This document shows positions 1 to 9,191 of a DNA stretch of 39,446 bases, in pieces. The position numbers and the translations under genes were made by a program. The first letter of the stretch is position 1. Each line of letters opens with the position of its first letter. Source of the stretch: an uncultured Verrucomicrobiota bacterium (GTDB lineage Bacteria; Verrucomicrobiota; Kiritimatiellia; SLOV01); the NCBI GenBank assembly GCA_964611475.1, contig CAZTAB010000317.1, positions 1 to 39,446 of the forward strand, written 5' to 3'. Under the pieces are notes generated by a model that made no database searches, was not told the origin of the DNA, and was given only the letters and a program-made list of their open reading frames with translations.

Positions 1-77
1 ACACAGGCAGCGGCACGGTAATTCTTCGCGATGCGGACGCTCCTCCGGGACGCGCCTGGACCGCGTACACCAAACCG

Positions 78-1796
78 ATGAAAATCCTGCGGGCGGATGA
101 GCCGTCACAAATCGCCCCACTCCTAGCTGAAATCGAGCAAAGCACCGCCCGAGGCCGCCACGCGGCCGGGTTCCTGGCGTACGAAGCCGCCCCGGCATTC
201 GACAATGCCCTGTCCGTTCACCCTCGCTGCCCGGTCCCGCTCGCCTGGTTCGGGATTTACGAATCTGCGCAGCCGATCCCGCCGCCAGGCTGGAATCATT
301 CTCCCGTCGCACCGCAATGGAGCGCGACCCTATCACGGGACGAATACAGGCACGCTGCGGCAAGGATCCTCGAGTACATTGCAGCGGGCGACACCTACCA
401 GGTGAACTTCACCTCCCGGCTGACGGCTCCCTTTCCCGACGATCCCTTCGAGTTGCTTTCCACTCTCCAGTTGTCGCAGCCAAAGGCCTACACCGCGTTC
501 GTGCACACCGGCGACCACACGATATGCTCGGTCTCGCCCGAGCTTTTTTTCCGCCTGGATGACCGGCGGATACTTTGCCGCCCCATGAAGGGGACAGCCG
601 CTAGGGGCGCAACCCTCCGCGAAGACCGCCGCCGGGCGAACTGGCTGCAGGAGTCGGAAAAAAACCGAGCCGAAAATGTCATGATCGTGGACATGGTGCG
701 AAACGATCTGGGGAAAATCGCAAGACAAGGGTCGGTGGAAGTTCCGGCACTCTATGATATAGAGCGCCACGAAACCCTCTTCCAGATGACGTCGACCGTG
801 CAGGCAGACACAGGGGAATCACTATCCACTATCTTCGGCGCCCTCTTCCCAAGCGCCTCGGTCACGGGCGCCCCCAAGGTGCGGACCATGCAGATCATCC
901 AGGAATTGGAAGAAGCGCCACGCGGCGTCTACACAGGCTGCATTGGCTGCGTGGGCCCGAATCGACAGGCTCGATTCAACGTGGCGATTCGCACGGTTCA
1001 CGTGGACCGGCAACGCAACGTGGCGCCCTATGGAACGGGCAGCGGAATCGTCTGGGATTCGCTGCCGGACAAGGAATTCGACGAGTGTGGAACCAAATCG
1101 CTGATCCTTCAACCTGCCTCGCCGCCGTTCAAGCTGCTGGAGTCCTTGAGAAGGGATCCCGGGCGGGGATATTCCTTTCTTTCCCGTCACATTCGGCGAC
1201 TACGCGACTCAGCCGCCTATTTCGAGTTCGACATCGACACGCGCGAGGCACTTCGTGAACTCCAGTCTTTTGAGGAAAAACTGGGCGGCGGATCCTTTAA
1301 AGTCCGCCTCCTGGCTGGTCGCAGCGGCAAGATTCACATCGAGTCCGAACCAATCACCGACGGGGAATTTCAATTCACACCAGATGTCGGGCCGGCCGTG
1401 CGCACCGCCTGCATCGCTCCTCATCCGGTTGAAAGCGAGAATCCGTTCCTGCACCACAAGACAACCCGACGATCGGTTTACCGACAAGCTGCGCTGGGAT
1501 GCGAAAACTTCGACGACGTGATCCTTTGGAATGAGAACGAAGAGCTGACGGAAACCATGGTCGGGAATCTCGTTCTCCACATTGCTGGCGGGTTCGTGAC
1601 ACCTCCTACGCAATGCGGCCTTCTAGCCGGAACTTTTCGGGCAGACCAATTGGAATCGGGAATAATTGAGGAACAAACGCTAACAATTCGGGATTTTGCA
1701 GGAACGGACGGAGTCTATATGATTAATTCAGTACGCGGGTGGACTCGATTGAACGTCAGCCCCCGGGACAGATCTGCGCCAGGTTGTGATGGTTGA
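78..1796 (+). CDS. pabB: Bifunctional aminodeoxychorismate synthase component I / class-IV aminotransferase (PabB-PabC type fusion)
   Basis: 572-aa ORF starting at ATG 78. The N-terminal ~345 aa carry chorismate-binding enzyme signatures: GDTYQVNF, SPELFF, PMKGTAARG, ENVMIVDMVRNDL, PSASVTGAPK, RGVYTGCIG. The C-terminal ~220 aa look like class-IV aminotransferase/ADC lyase: FLHHKTTRR with a candidate PLP lysine, and VILWNENEELTE. Motif recognition only. Confidence 0.85.
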   Translation: MKILRADEPSQIAPLLAEIEQSTARGRHAAGFLAYEAAPAFDNALSVHPRCPVPLAWFGIYESAQPIPPPGWNHSPVAPQWSATLSRDEYRHAAARILEYIAAGDTYQVNFTSRLTAPFPDDPFELLSTLQLSQPKAYTAFVHTGDHTICSVSPELFFRLDDRRILCRPMKGTAARGATLREDRRRANWLQESEKNRAENVMIVDMVRNDLGKIARQGSVEVPALYDIERHETLFQMTSTVQADTGESLSTIFGALFPSASVTGAPKVRTMQIIQELEEAPRGVYTGCIGCVGPNRQARFNVAIRTVHVDRQRNVAPYGTGSGIVWDSLPDKEFDECGTKSLILQPASPPFKLLESLRRDPGRGYSFLSRHIRRLRDSAAYFEFDIDTREALRELQSFEEKLGGGSFKVRLLAGRSGKIHIESEPITDGEFQFTPDVGPAVRTACIAPHPVESENPFLHHKTTRRSVYRQAALGCENFDDVILWNENEELTETMVGNLVLHIAGGFVTPPTQCGLLAGTFRADQLESGIIEEQTLTIRDFAGTDGVYMINSVRGWTRLNVSPRDRSAPGCDG

Positions 1797-1948
1797 AACG
1801 GCTAATCCCGAACAGCTTGAATCGCTCGAGGATACGGAGACCGACATAGGCGTCCGATTTAACCGGACTGGATCCGGCAGAGCTTCCCGTTTATTCAAAC
1901 CGGGGAAATTCGGGCGGCAAAGGCTCGAGCGGGCGCCTGCGGCGCGGA

Positions 1949-2371
1949 TTACAACAACGAACCAGGCGTTTCGTCCTCCCCACTCTTTTGCTCCGGAGGC
2001 GGTTCGGGGGCCTTTTCGAAGGCCCCGCAGGGGTTTGTTGCTTCCACCTCCTTCTTGTGCACCCCGCACCACTGCATGAAGGGATTGAGGACATAGTGCT
2101 TACAATATCGGCACAGCCGGGCCGCCTCGTTTTCCTCAAAAATCTCAGGGTCGATGGACCGGTCGGCATCGGTAAACACCTGAACCGTTTCCCGTCCCGC
2201 AAACGGAACGCCCTCCTCCCCCTCGAATACGTGGCCGCACGATGAACACTTCAGCGTCTCCCCAGTCTTCTGAAACCCTTCATATACAGGCTCCCGGAGC
2301 AGCAACGCGTCCTGGTTGCACCCCGGGCATCGAATTTCGCCTGAACGCTGAGCAGCCATGGGTTGACCCAT
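1949..2371 (-). CDS. Small Cys-rich (double zinc-ribbon-like) hypothetical protein
   Basis: 140-aa ORF with ATG at 2371 (second ATG at 2359). CxxC pairs are RCPGCNQ...KCSSCGH, plus a second cluster LCRYCKH...WCGV...NPCG. Divergent from dprE1 across a ~100-bp AT-richer spacer. No recognised family. Confidence 0.55.
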   Translation of the reverse strand: MGQPMAAQRSGEIRCPGCNQDALLLREPVYEGFQKTGETLKCSSCGHVFEGEEGVPFAGRETVQVFTDADRSIDPEIFEENEAARLCRYCKHYVLNPFMQWCGVHKKEVEATNPCGAFEKAPEPPPEQKSGEDETPGSLL

Positions 2372-2470
2372 ACAAGGGTTTATTTAAGACTTTGCAGAAG
2401 TCCCTCTCGTACTCTCTATCGTGCGTTTTGTCGATTCCTGATTGGAGACCGGGGTTTAGATGCATCTTTC

Positions 2471-3811
2471 ATGAAAAAACGGCTGGCAAACTGGGGAAAC
2501 TTTCCGGTGGTCGACGCGAGGATCCGGTCCCTCGCCGACGCAGGGGACGTCGCCGCGGACATTGAGGAGAACGGCCGGACGATCGTCAGAGGCATGGGCC
2601 GAAGCTATGGGGATGCGTCGCTCGGCCCGAACGTCTTGTCGAGCCTGAAACAAAACAAGATCCTGGCCTTTGACGAGTCGGGGGGCATTGTCACGTGCCA
2701 GTCCGGCGTAACACTCGCGGATCTGCTCGAGGTGATCGTCCCGCGCGGATGGTTCCTTCCCGTGACGCCCGGAACAAAGCACATTACGGTTGGGGGTGCC
2801 ATCGCGGCGGACGTACACGGGAAAAATCATCACTGCGACGGATGCTTCAGCCGGTTCGTCCGGAGGATCCGTCTTGCGCTGGAAGACGGCCGGGTGCTGA
2901 ACTGCTCGCCGGACGAGAGCGGGGAACTATTCCGGATGACCTGTGGAGGAATGGGTCTTACCGGCGCGATTCTCGAGGCGACCATCGTCCTTCGCCCCGT
3001 CGAAACCGCGTACATCCGGGAGGAGATCCTCAAAGCCGCGAATCTGGATGAAATAATGGCGCACTTTGAGGCGTCTGCGGACTGGAGCTACACCGTCGCC
3101 TGGATCGACTGCCTTGCAACCGGCGAAGACCTTGGGAGAAGCCTTTTGATGCGAGGCGAGCACGCGACCCGCAACGACCTCGATACGCCACCGCGCCGGG
3201 CAGATCCCCTGTCCCTGCCCCGCGGGCGCGCGGTAACGGTACCGTTCCCGATGCCCGGATGGGTGCTGAACCGGCACACAGTGAAAGCATTCAACTCCCT
3301 CTACTACCGAAAATACTCACGGGTACGCGGCGCCCACATAACGGATTACAACGCGTTCTTTTATCCACTTGATTTTGTTCACGAGTGGAACAGGATCTAC
3401 GGGAAATGTGGTTTCACTCAATACCAGTTCGTCCTTCCGCTCCGGGAAAGCCGGCAGGGGCTGCAGAAAATCCTCGAGCGGATCAACCAGAAGGGATGGG
3501 GAAGTTTCCTCGCCGTATTGAAACTCTTCGGCAGACAGGAGGAGAATCCGATGTCCTTTCCGATGGAAGGATACACCCTGGCCCTCGACTTCCCCGTCCG
3601 CGACGGCCTTCTTCCGTTTCTTGACGAACTGGACGAATTGGTGATTGGGTACGGGGGTCGCGTTTACATGGCAAAGGATGCCCGCATGGGCCGGGATGCC
3701 TTTGTCGCGGGGTATCCGAACGCGGAGGAATGGAAAGCCTTCATCCGGCGCCGCAATGCGCAGTCGCCGTTCCGGTCCCTGCAATCGGACCGGTTGGGAA
3801 TCACGGAATGA
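2471..3811 (+). CDS. dprE1: FAD-dependent decaprenylphosphoryl-beta-D-ribose oxidase-like protein (DprE1 family)
   Basis: Colinear with the remembered M. tuberculosis DprE1 sequence: GMGRSYGD, ADVHGKNHH, GGMGLTG, FFYPLDFVHEWNRIYG, GFTQYQFVLP, FLAVLKLFG, RVYMAKDAR. The track ORF opens at 2363, but the first plausible start is ATG 2471 (MKKRLANWGNFP). The stop TGA at 3809-3811 overlaps the next gene's ATG. Confidence 0.9.
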   Translation: MKKRLANWGNFPVVDARIRSLADAGDVAADIEENGRTIVRGMGRSYGDASLGPNVLSSLKQNKILAFDESGGIVTCQSGVTLADLLEVIVPRGWFLPVTPGTKHITVGGAIAADVHGKNHHCDGCFSRFVRRIRLALEDGRVLNCSPDESGELFRMTCGGMGLTGAILEATIVLRPVETAYIREEILKAANLDEIMAHFEASADWSYTVAWIDCLATGEDLGRSLLMRGEHATRNDLDTPPRRADPLSLPRGRAVTVPFPMPGWVLNRHTVKAFNSLYYRKYSRVRGAHITDYNAFFYPLDFVHEWNRIYGKCGFTQYQFVLPLRESRQGLQKILERINQKGWGSFLAVLKLFGRQEENPMSFPMEGYTLALDFPVRDGLLPFLDELDELVIGYGGRVYMAKDARMGRDAFVAGYPNAEEWKAFIRRRNAQSPFRSLQSDRLGITE

Positions 3812-4539
3812 GCAGCGTACTGATACTCGGGGCCCACTCGGACATCGCCCAAGCGATCGCCCACCGATTTGGACGCGAGGGATACGACCTGGTTCTGGCC
3901 GCCCGCCGCGCGGGGGAGCTTCATGCGACAGTGAAAGACTTGGAGATCCGACACCGGGTGGTAGTGCGAGCCGTCGAATTCGACGCGCTTGCGTTTGCCG
4001 ACCATCAGGCCTTTTACGACGCGATCAACCCAAAACCGGATGTCACGGTCTGCGTGTTCGGACTGCTGGGCGACCAAGACTCGGCGCGGCGCGACTTTTC
4101 CCTGGCACACCGGATCATCGACACAAACTACACCGGCGCTGTCTCCATCCTCGGTATCGTCGCCAATGAATACGAGAAACGGGGGGGCGGAACCATCATC
4201 GGCATCGGTTCCGTCGCGGGAGACCGGGGCCGACAGAGCAACTACGTCTACGGCAGCGCGAAGGCAGGCTTCACCGCGTATCTCGCGGGCCTGCGAAACC
4301 GGCTTGCCCATGCCGATGTACACGTCATGGCGGTAAAGCCAGGCTTCGTCCAAACCACCATGACAGAGGGAATGGATCTCCCCGGCGCCCTGACCGCGCA
4401 GCCCAGCCAGGTCGCCGCTGCCATCTACAAGGGGTTCACCAGAAAACGCAACACGATCTACACCCTCTGGATGTGGCGGCACATCATGCTGGCCATTCGC
4501 CACGTCCCGGAGTTTGTATTCAAAAAATTATCGCTGTAG
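3808..4539 (+). CDS. dprE2: Short-chain dehydrogenase/reductase, DprE2-like (2-keto-ribose reductase partner of DprE1)
   Basis: ATG 3808 overlaps the dprE1 stop (ATGA). SDR features: VLILGAHSDIAQAIA, FGLLGDQ, NYTGAV, and the catalytic YxxxK in YVYGSAKAG. The C-terminus MLAIRHVPEFVFKKLSL parallels the remembered Mtb DprE2 tail (RHIPRSIFRKLPI). Confidence 0.88.
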   Translation: MSSVLILGAHSDIAQAIAHRFGREGYDLVLAARRAGELHATVKDLEIRHRVVVRAVEFDALAFADHQAFYDAINPKPDVTVCVFGLLGDQDSARRDFSLAHRIIDTNYTGAVSILGIVANEYEKRGGGTIIGIGSVAGDRGRQSNYVYGSAKAGFTAYLAGLRNRLAHADVHVMAVKPGFVQTTMTEGMDLPGALTAQPSQVAAAIYKGFTRKRNTIYTLWMWRHIMLAIRHVPEFVFKKLSL

Positions 4540-4574
4540 GGAGACTTCCGTGCTCCGGCATGGGAACAGTCTCC
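4540..4574. terminator. Hairpin in the dprE2/rlmD convergent gap
   Basis: GGAGACT (4540-4546) pairs with AGTCTCC (4568-4574), with a 21-nt loop that has further partial pairing. No U-tract. Confidence 0.25.
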
Positions 4575-4659
4575 GAACTTCACCCACCTTCCCCGATGCA
4601 TGGGAAATCAATCGTGGGGGGCACTTCAAACCGAAGCCCCTGTACGGCCTGCGGCGCCA

Positions 4660-6234
4660 TCAGTCGCGTCTGGTCAATACAGCCGCGGCTTCCACGTGAT
4701 TGGTATGGGGAAACATGTCCACAGGTTGAACCGTGCCCAGGCGATACGCCCCGTCTTTGCAGAGCACCGCAGCATCACGCGCGAGGCTTGAGGGCTTGCA
4801 ACTCACGTAAACAATTCGCTGCGGCGCGATTTGCAGGAGCGCTTTCACCGTTTTCGGATGCATCCCGGCCCTGGGAGGATCAGCGATGACAACATCGGGG
4901 AATTCGGTCCGCCCCTCAGACACGACGACTTTGCCAAGATCCTTCAGATCCATGGTTTGAAACTCACAATTTTCCACGCCGTTCAGGGACGCATTCTCGA
5001 CTGCGTTACGAATGGATACCTCGTTCAGTTCGATGCCCAACACGCGACGACAGCGGCCTGCGACATGCAAGGCAATCGACCCGGTCCCGCAATAGAGGTC
5101 GAGCAAAAAATGCTCCGGCGCGGGGTCAGCAAGGCGCACGACAACATCGTAGAGAATACCAGCCTGCGACGTGTTCGTCTGGAAAAACGAGTTGGCCGCG
5201 ATTTCAAACCTGTTGTCTCCGATCCGATCCCGAATCACGGACCGTCCCAGGATCAGATGCTCCCGGTCCCCAAGCGCCACCAGGTTCTTGCGTTCCGTCA
5301 CGTTATTCACAAAGGACACTAGCGAAGGGCCCAGCGCGCGTGCCAATTCGACCCCCAGCGCCTCCATGGTGGACGCATCATGCCAGGACGTGACAAGGTT
5401 GACCATGACTTCGCCTGTTTCCTCCCCCTCCCGCACGACAAGATTCCGGAGGTACCCCTGGTGGGTCTTTGTGCTGTAGACCGCAAGACTTCGTCGCATG
5501 CAGAACGACCGGACCACCTCCAGTACCCGATTCATCGCGGGGCTACCCAGGTAGCAGTAATCAATATCAATCGCTTTTGCATATCGCAGCGGCGCGTGAA
5601 AACCCAGCGCGAAGTCCACGGGCTTGTCCAGTTCCTCCGGTGACAGCCCATTCTCTTCCTCCAGCAGAAAGCGTTTGTCCGAAAACGAGAAGTCAACCTT
5701 GTTCCGATATCCAAACTGCCGGCCCGCAGGCAACACCGGCTGAACATCAGGAGATGTGAAGCCGCCGATATGCTCCAGCACATCCGAGACCTGCTTGCGC
5801 TTGATACGCAGCTGCTCTTCATAGCGGACGTGCTGCCACTTGCAGCCGCCGCAAACTCCGAAGTGACTGCACGTCGGCCGCGTCCGATCGGGTGATGGCG
5901 TCAGAACGGAGACGAGCTTGGCCTCCAGGTACGCCTTCTTAATCTTGTAAATTTCGGCGATCACCCGGTCGCCAACGGCAACGTGTCCGCGCACAAATAC
6001 CGCAACGCCGTCGGCGATGCGCCCAAAACATTTCTCGGATTCACCTGCGTCCACGATCTCCACCTCCACGCGCTGACCTTTCTGAAAGATCGCCTGGAGG
6101 GGCTTCTGCTCACGGGCTGCGGATTCGGCTTTCACGACATGATGGACTCTGACAGGGATCGCCCCCGGCGACAACCAGAACCGGGAGCGGTCTACAAGCC
6201 CCCCCGGCAGATTCGCTGCCGCGATTTCTTCCAT
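4660..6234 (-). CDS. rlmD: 23S rRNA (uracil-C5)-methyltransferase, RlmD/RumA family
   Basis: TRAM-like N-terminal domain (QRVEVEIVD...VFVRGHVAVGDRV). Fe-S cysteine cluster CSHFGVCGGCKWQH. SAM-MTase motifs LDLYCGTGSIAL, ADPPRAG, YVSCKPSS. There is a ~50-aa N-terminal extension, so the exact start is uncertain. Confidence 0.85.
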   Translation of the reverse strand: MEEIAAANLPGGLVDRSRFWLSPGAIPVRVHHVVKAESAAREQKPLQAIFQKGQRVEVEIVDAGESEKCFGRIADGVAVFVRGHVAVGDRVIAEIYKIKKAYLEAKLVSVLTPSPDRTRPTCSHFGVCGGCKWQHVRYEEQLRIKRKQVSDVLEHIGGFTSPDVQPVLPAGRQFGYRNKVDFSFSDKRFLLEEENGLSPEELDKPVDFALGFHAPLRYAKAIDIDYCYLGSPAMNRVLEVVRSFCMRRSLAVYSTKTHQGYLRNLVVREGEETGEVMVNLVTSWHDASTMEALGVELARALGPSLVSFVNNVTERKNLVALGDREHLILGRSVIRDRIGDNRFEIAANSFFQTNTSQAGILYDVVVRLADPAPEHFLLDLYCGTGSIALHVAGRCRRVLGIELNEVSIRNAVENASLNGVENCEFQTMDLKDLGKVVVSEGRTEFPDVVIADPPRAGMHPKTVKALLQIAPQRIVYVSCKPSSLARDAAVLCKDGAYRLGTVQPVDMFPHTNHVEAAAVLTRRD

Positions 6235-6273
6235 TGCCGAATCAGGGTGGGGTCATTACTATAAAGGAAGGCA

Positions 6274-6969
6274 TTGAAGAGGAAAACCAACAGGATGGTC
6301 ATCCGGCAAGGTCCGGACCGCGAAACGGTCCTTCGCGCGCGCCGGCTTTATCGTGGGCTGGGAAAGCTCTATCCGGACGCGCATTGTGAGTTGAATCATG
6401 AGAATCCCTACCAGCTTCTTGTTGCGACAATCCTCTCGGCCCAGTGCACGGACATCCGGGTCAACATGGTGACGCCTTCTTTGTTCGAGCGTTTCCCTGC
6501 CCCATCGGACATGGCGGAGGCAAAGGTCGAGGAAGTCGAGAATCTCATTCGCTCCACCGGGTTCTACCGCAACAAGGCCAAATCGCTCATCTCCTCTTCC
6601 CGAGACATCTCGATATCACATAAGAACAGGGTTCCCAACACGATGGAGGAGCTTCTCCGATTGAAAGGTGTCGCGCGCAAAACGGCGAACGTGGTCCTCG
6701 GCAACGCCTACGGAAAAAACGATGGCGTCGTGGTCGACACGCATGTCTCCCGGCTGTCGACGCGCATGGGCTTGACCCAGGAGAAAGCACCGGAAAAAAT
6801 CGAGGTCGACCTCATGGCCCTGTTCCCGCGCAAAAACTGGTGTCTTCTCTCCCACCTCCTGATCTGGCACGGGCGCAGGATCTGCAACGCAAGAAAGCCG
6901 AAGTGCAGCGAGTGCGCACTGCGGAGGAATTGCCCTCGGGCCGGCGTATGCGACCCCGACAAGCAATGA
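6274..6969 (+). CDS. nth: Endonuclease III (DNA glycosylase/AP lyase)
   Basis: Motifs NPYQLLVATILSAQCTD, GVARKTANVVLG, VDTHVSRL, and the C-terminal 4Fe-4S cluster CNARKPKCSECALRRNCPRAGVC. The track start at 6274 is TTG; ATG at 6295 (MVIRQG) is an alternative. Confidence 0.9.
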   Translation: MKRKTNRMVIRQGPDRETVLRARRLYRGLGKLYPDAHCELNHENPYQLLVATILSAQCTDIRVNMVTPSLFERFPAPSDMAEAKVEEVENLIRSTGFYRNKAKSLISSSRDISISHKNRVPNTMEELLRLKGVARKTANVVLGNAYGKNDGVVVDTHVSRLSTRMGLTQEKAPEKIEVDLMALFPRKNWCLLSHLLIWHGRRICNARKPKCSECALRRNCPRAGVCDPDKQ

Positions 6970-7481
6970 GCGCAATCTGGCAGAATGCCGCCTCCTTTGC
7001 GGCCCGGGCGCACGCCGGCCAACTCAGGAAGGACGGGGAAACACCGTATATCGCCCACCTGTTCCGGGTCGCGATGACCGTGCGAAACGTATTTGAAATC
7101 TGCGATCCGGACATCCTCGCGGCCGCTCTACTTCATGACACCATCGAAGATACGACGGTCGATTATGACGAGTTATTCGACGCCTTTGGCCCAAACATTG
7201 CATCGCTTGTTGTGGCGCTGACCAAGGACAAAAGACTTAAAGAGGACCGGCGGGAACAGGCGTACATGAACCAGCTGTTAAATGCCCCCTGGCAAGCTCG
7301 CCTCATCAAACTCGCCGACGTCTACGACAATCTTTCGGATTCCCCGAATGCCTCCTCCATGGAGGCAACCTCACTTCAAAAAGCAAGGGACGCACTGCAA
7401 CTCGCAGGGACCGGCGAGCCGGAACTGTGCCGCGCCGCCACACACCTGGGCTCCCTGATCCGCAAACACCAAAGCGAATAA
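6966..7481 (+). CDS. HD-domain hydrolase of the RelA/SpoT (p)ppGpp-hydrolase type (stand-alone small alarmone hydrolase-like)
   Basis: ATG 6966 overlaps the nth stop (ATGA). Motifs AHAGQLRKDGETPYIAHLFRVA, LLHDTIEDT, LIKLADVYDNL. About 171 aa with no synthetase domain. Confidence 0.8.
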   Translation: MSAIWQNAASFAARAHAGQLRKDGETPYIAHLFRVAMTVRNVFEICDPDILAAALLHDTIEDTTVDYDELFDAFGPNIASLVVALTKDKRLKEDRREQAYMNQLLNAPWQARLIKLADVYDNLSDSPNASSMEATSLQKARDALQLAGTGEPELCRAATHLGSLIRKHQSE

Positions 7482-7703
7482 GAAGCGACGCCGCAGGCAT
7501 TCGTTCGCCGCAGGATCCGCATCAGGGGCACCTACTTGACCCACCCACCGGTTCGGCCTCCCTCCACATGCCGGATGAGCGGAATCACTGCCGGGTGACA
7601 GGATATGAGGGAAAAGAAAAGCCGCCGTACTGCGAAATTCTCCTTCGCGTGTTTTTGCATACTTTCCCCCTTTCGGAACGGGCAGGTGGACGGATGCGCA
7701 AAA

Positions 7704-8660
7704 TCAAGGCGTCTCCGGCGGCGCCGAGCGCCGCAATCCGCGGACCATCAACCCCATGTCATCGGCAGCCTTCTCCACCCTGGGATTGGCCTCCGCCTTC
7801 CGTCGCTCCTCGGTATTCCCGACATCCATAACACAAAAATCGTAGGCGGCACGATACCTCTGAATGAACACAGGGCGCGGACGGCTGGAGCGGTTGGCCA
7901 GCGATCCGTGAACGGTCAACCCGCTGAAAAGAATGGCGTCCCCCGCCTTGCCCGGAACTAATACCGCGCGATCGAACCAGGAATCATCCAGGCAAAACCC
8001 GGCGAATGCATCGTCAATGTGCTCGACCGGGCCGAGTTTGTGCGATCCTGGAACGACCTGAAGGGCCCCATTGGCTTCGTCGGTGTCAATGGCGTACGTC
8101 AACACGCCCACCGTGGTGTTGTACTTGTGCTGGAAGTAGTACTCGTCCTGATGCATGCTCTTGGGAACACCCGATTCGGGATGCTTGTAGATGCACTGCC
8201 CCCACTTCCACAGCTCGAGATCGGGCCCGATCAAGGCCTCGACCACGTCGAGCAGTCGCGGGTTCATCAGCGACACGGTGAATGCGCCACTCACGAGCCC
8301 ATTGAACCGCAGCGAATTCACGACTTTCTCTCCCGGACGATCCGGATCTTCGTTGAACATGGTTCCATCGGGCGTGACCCAGGCATTCCTGTGGATCGCG
8401 TGGGGCCTCGCTTCCGGAAGAAGAGACTGGGCCTCCTCCAGTACCCGCTCCATGTCTTTGAGGATTCGCCCCACATATTCCCGGGCAACGCCACGCAGCA
8501 CAAGCGCCCCACACTCTTCGTATATGGCCTTCGCCTTCCGAAAGTCTACATCTTCATTCGGCCACTCGAGATCTTCCACTGCAATATCGGAGAACCTCAT
8601 ATTTTCTGCCTCGCCATTCTTGTCCCGCACACAATTCGCGTTCGTTCTAGGTATTGCCAA
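7704..8660 (-). CDS. PhyH-family Fe(II)/2-oxoglutarate dioxygenase (paralogue 1)
   Basis: HxD in SMHQDEYYFQ, NGALQVVPGSHKLG, distal His in GDAILFSGLTVHGSLAN, then RPVFIQRYR. Internal ATG at 8600 (MRFSDIAVED) is a likely alternative start. Confidence 0.85.
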   Translation of the reverse strand: MAIPRTNANCVRDKNGEAENMRFSDIAVEDLEWPNEDVDFRKAKAIYEECGALVLRGVAREYVGRILKDMERVLEEAQSLLPEARPHAIHRNAWVTPDGTMFNEDPDRPGEKVVNSLRFNGLVSGAFTVSLMNPRLLDVVEALIGPDLELWKWGQCIYKHPESGVPKSMHQDEYYFQHKYNTTVGVLTYAIDTDEANGALQVVPGSHKLGPVEHIDDAFAGFCLDDSWFDRAVLVPGKAGDAILFSGLTVHGSLANRSSRPRPVFIQRYRAAYDFCVMDVGNTEERRKAEANPRVEKAADDMGLMVRGLRRSAPPETP

Positions 8661-9191
8661 TGTCTTCTATCCGCGGCCAGACGCCGCAGGAAAGGATATT
8701 TTTCCGTGTCCATCTCTTGAACAATCAAACCACAAGCACTAGCGTTCTCAAAATAGAGAGATCCGCTACATGCCTGCAAGTAGTCTAGTTTGTCAAAAAA
8801 ACCGGAACCGATTCAAGACGAGGACCAGAATCACTTCCATGTCGAGGCAACCCGGCCCGTTCGGCCTTTCACGATCCGGGCCTACGACCATTCCATCCCC
8901 CGGGGTCCACCCCTGGGCCAAAGGCTCTGCCGAAAAAACTTCACGGCACGCTTCCCGGTGAAATGTGGCAGCCTGTCGCCAGTGGTACCGGCCCGCAGCA
9001 GATCGCCAGACCTGTTTGCAGGCAGGGTTTTCGTCTGATTGATCACCCTTTGCCTGGCCAAACGATTCGCGCTAGACCCGCCCCAATGCGGCCATAATTT
9101 ACTTGATCTGCCGCAGCTGAATCCTCGAAGATGAGATCCATATGTAGGGAAACTCCAGTTTTCGGATGACACCGTCTTACGAGGAATAGCA

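Noticed and set aside
2005-2035. GC hairpin GGGGCC-TTTTCGAA-GGCCCC considered as a terminator for pabB
   Set aside because: It lies inside the coding region of the minus-strand Cys-rich ORF (it encodes ...GAFEKAPEP...) and has no U-tract.
2363-2470. N-terminal extensions of track ORFs (2363 for dprE1, 3730 for dprE2, 6840 for the HD gene, 11380 for PhyH 2, 15335 for CE4 copy 1, 23391 for DUF4838 B, 32668 for propeller II, 35313 for the desaturase)
   Set aside because: The extensions have junk-like composition, overlap upstream genes or promoters, and homologous family N-termini begin at the internal starts chosen.
7632-7656. GCGAA-N7-TTCGC followed by GTGTTTTT after the HD gene, considered as an intrinsic terminator
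   Set aside because: The stem is only 5 bp and lies ~150 nt past the stop. It is too weak to call.
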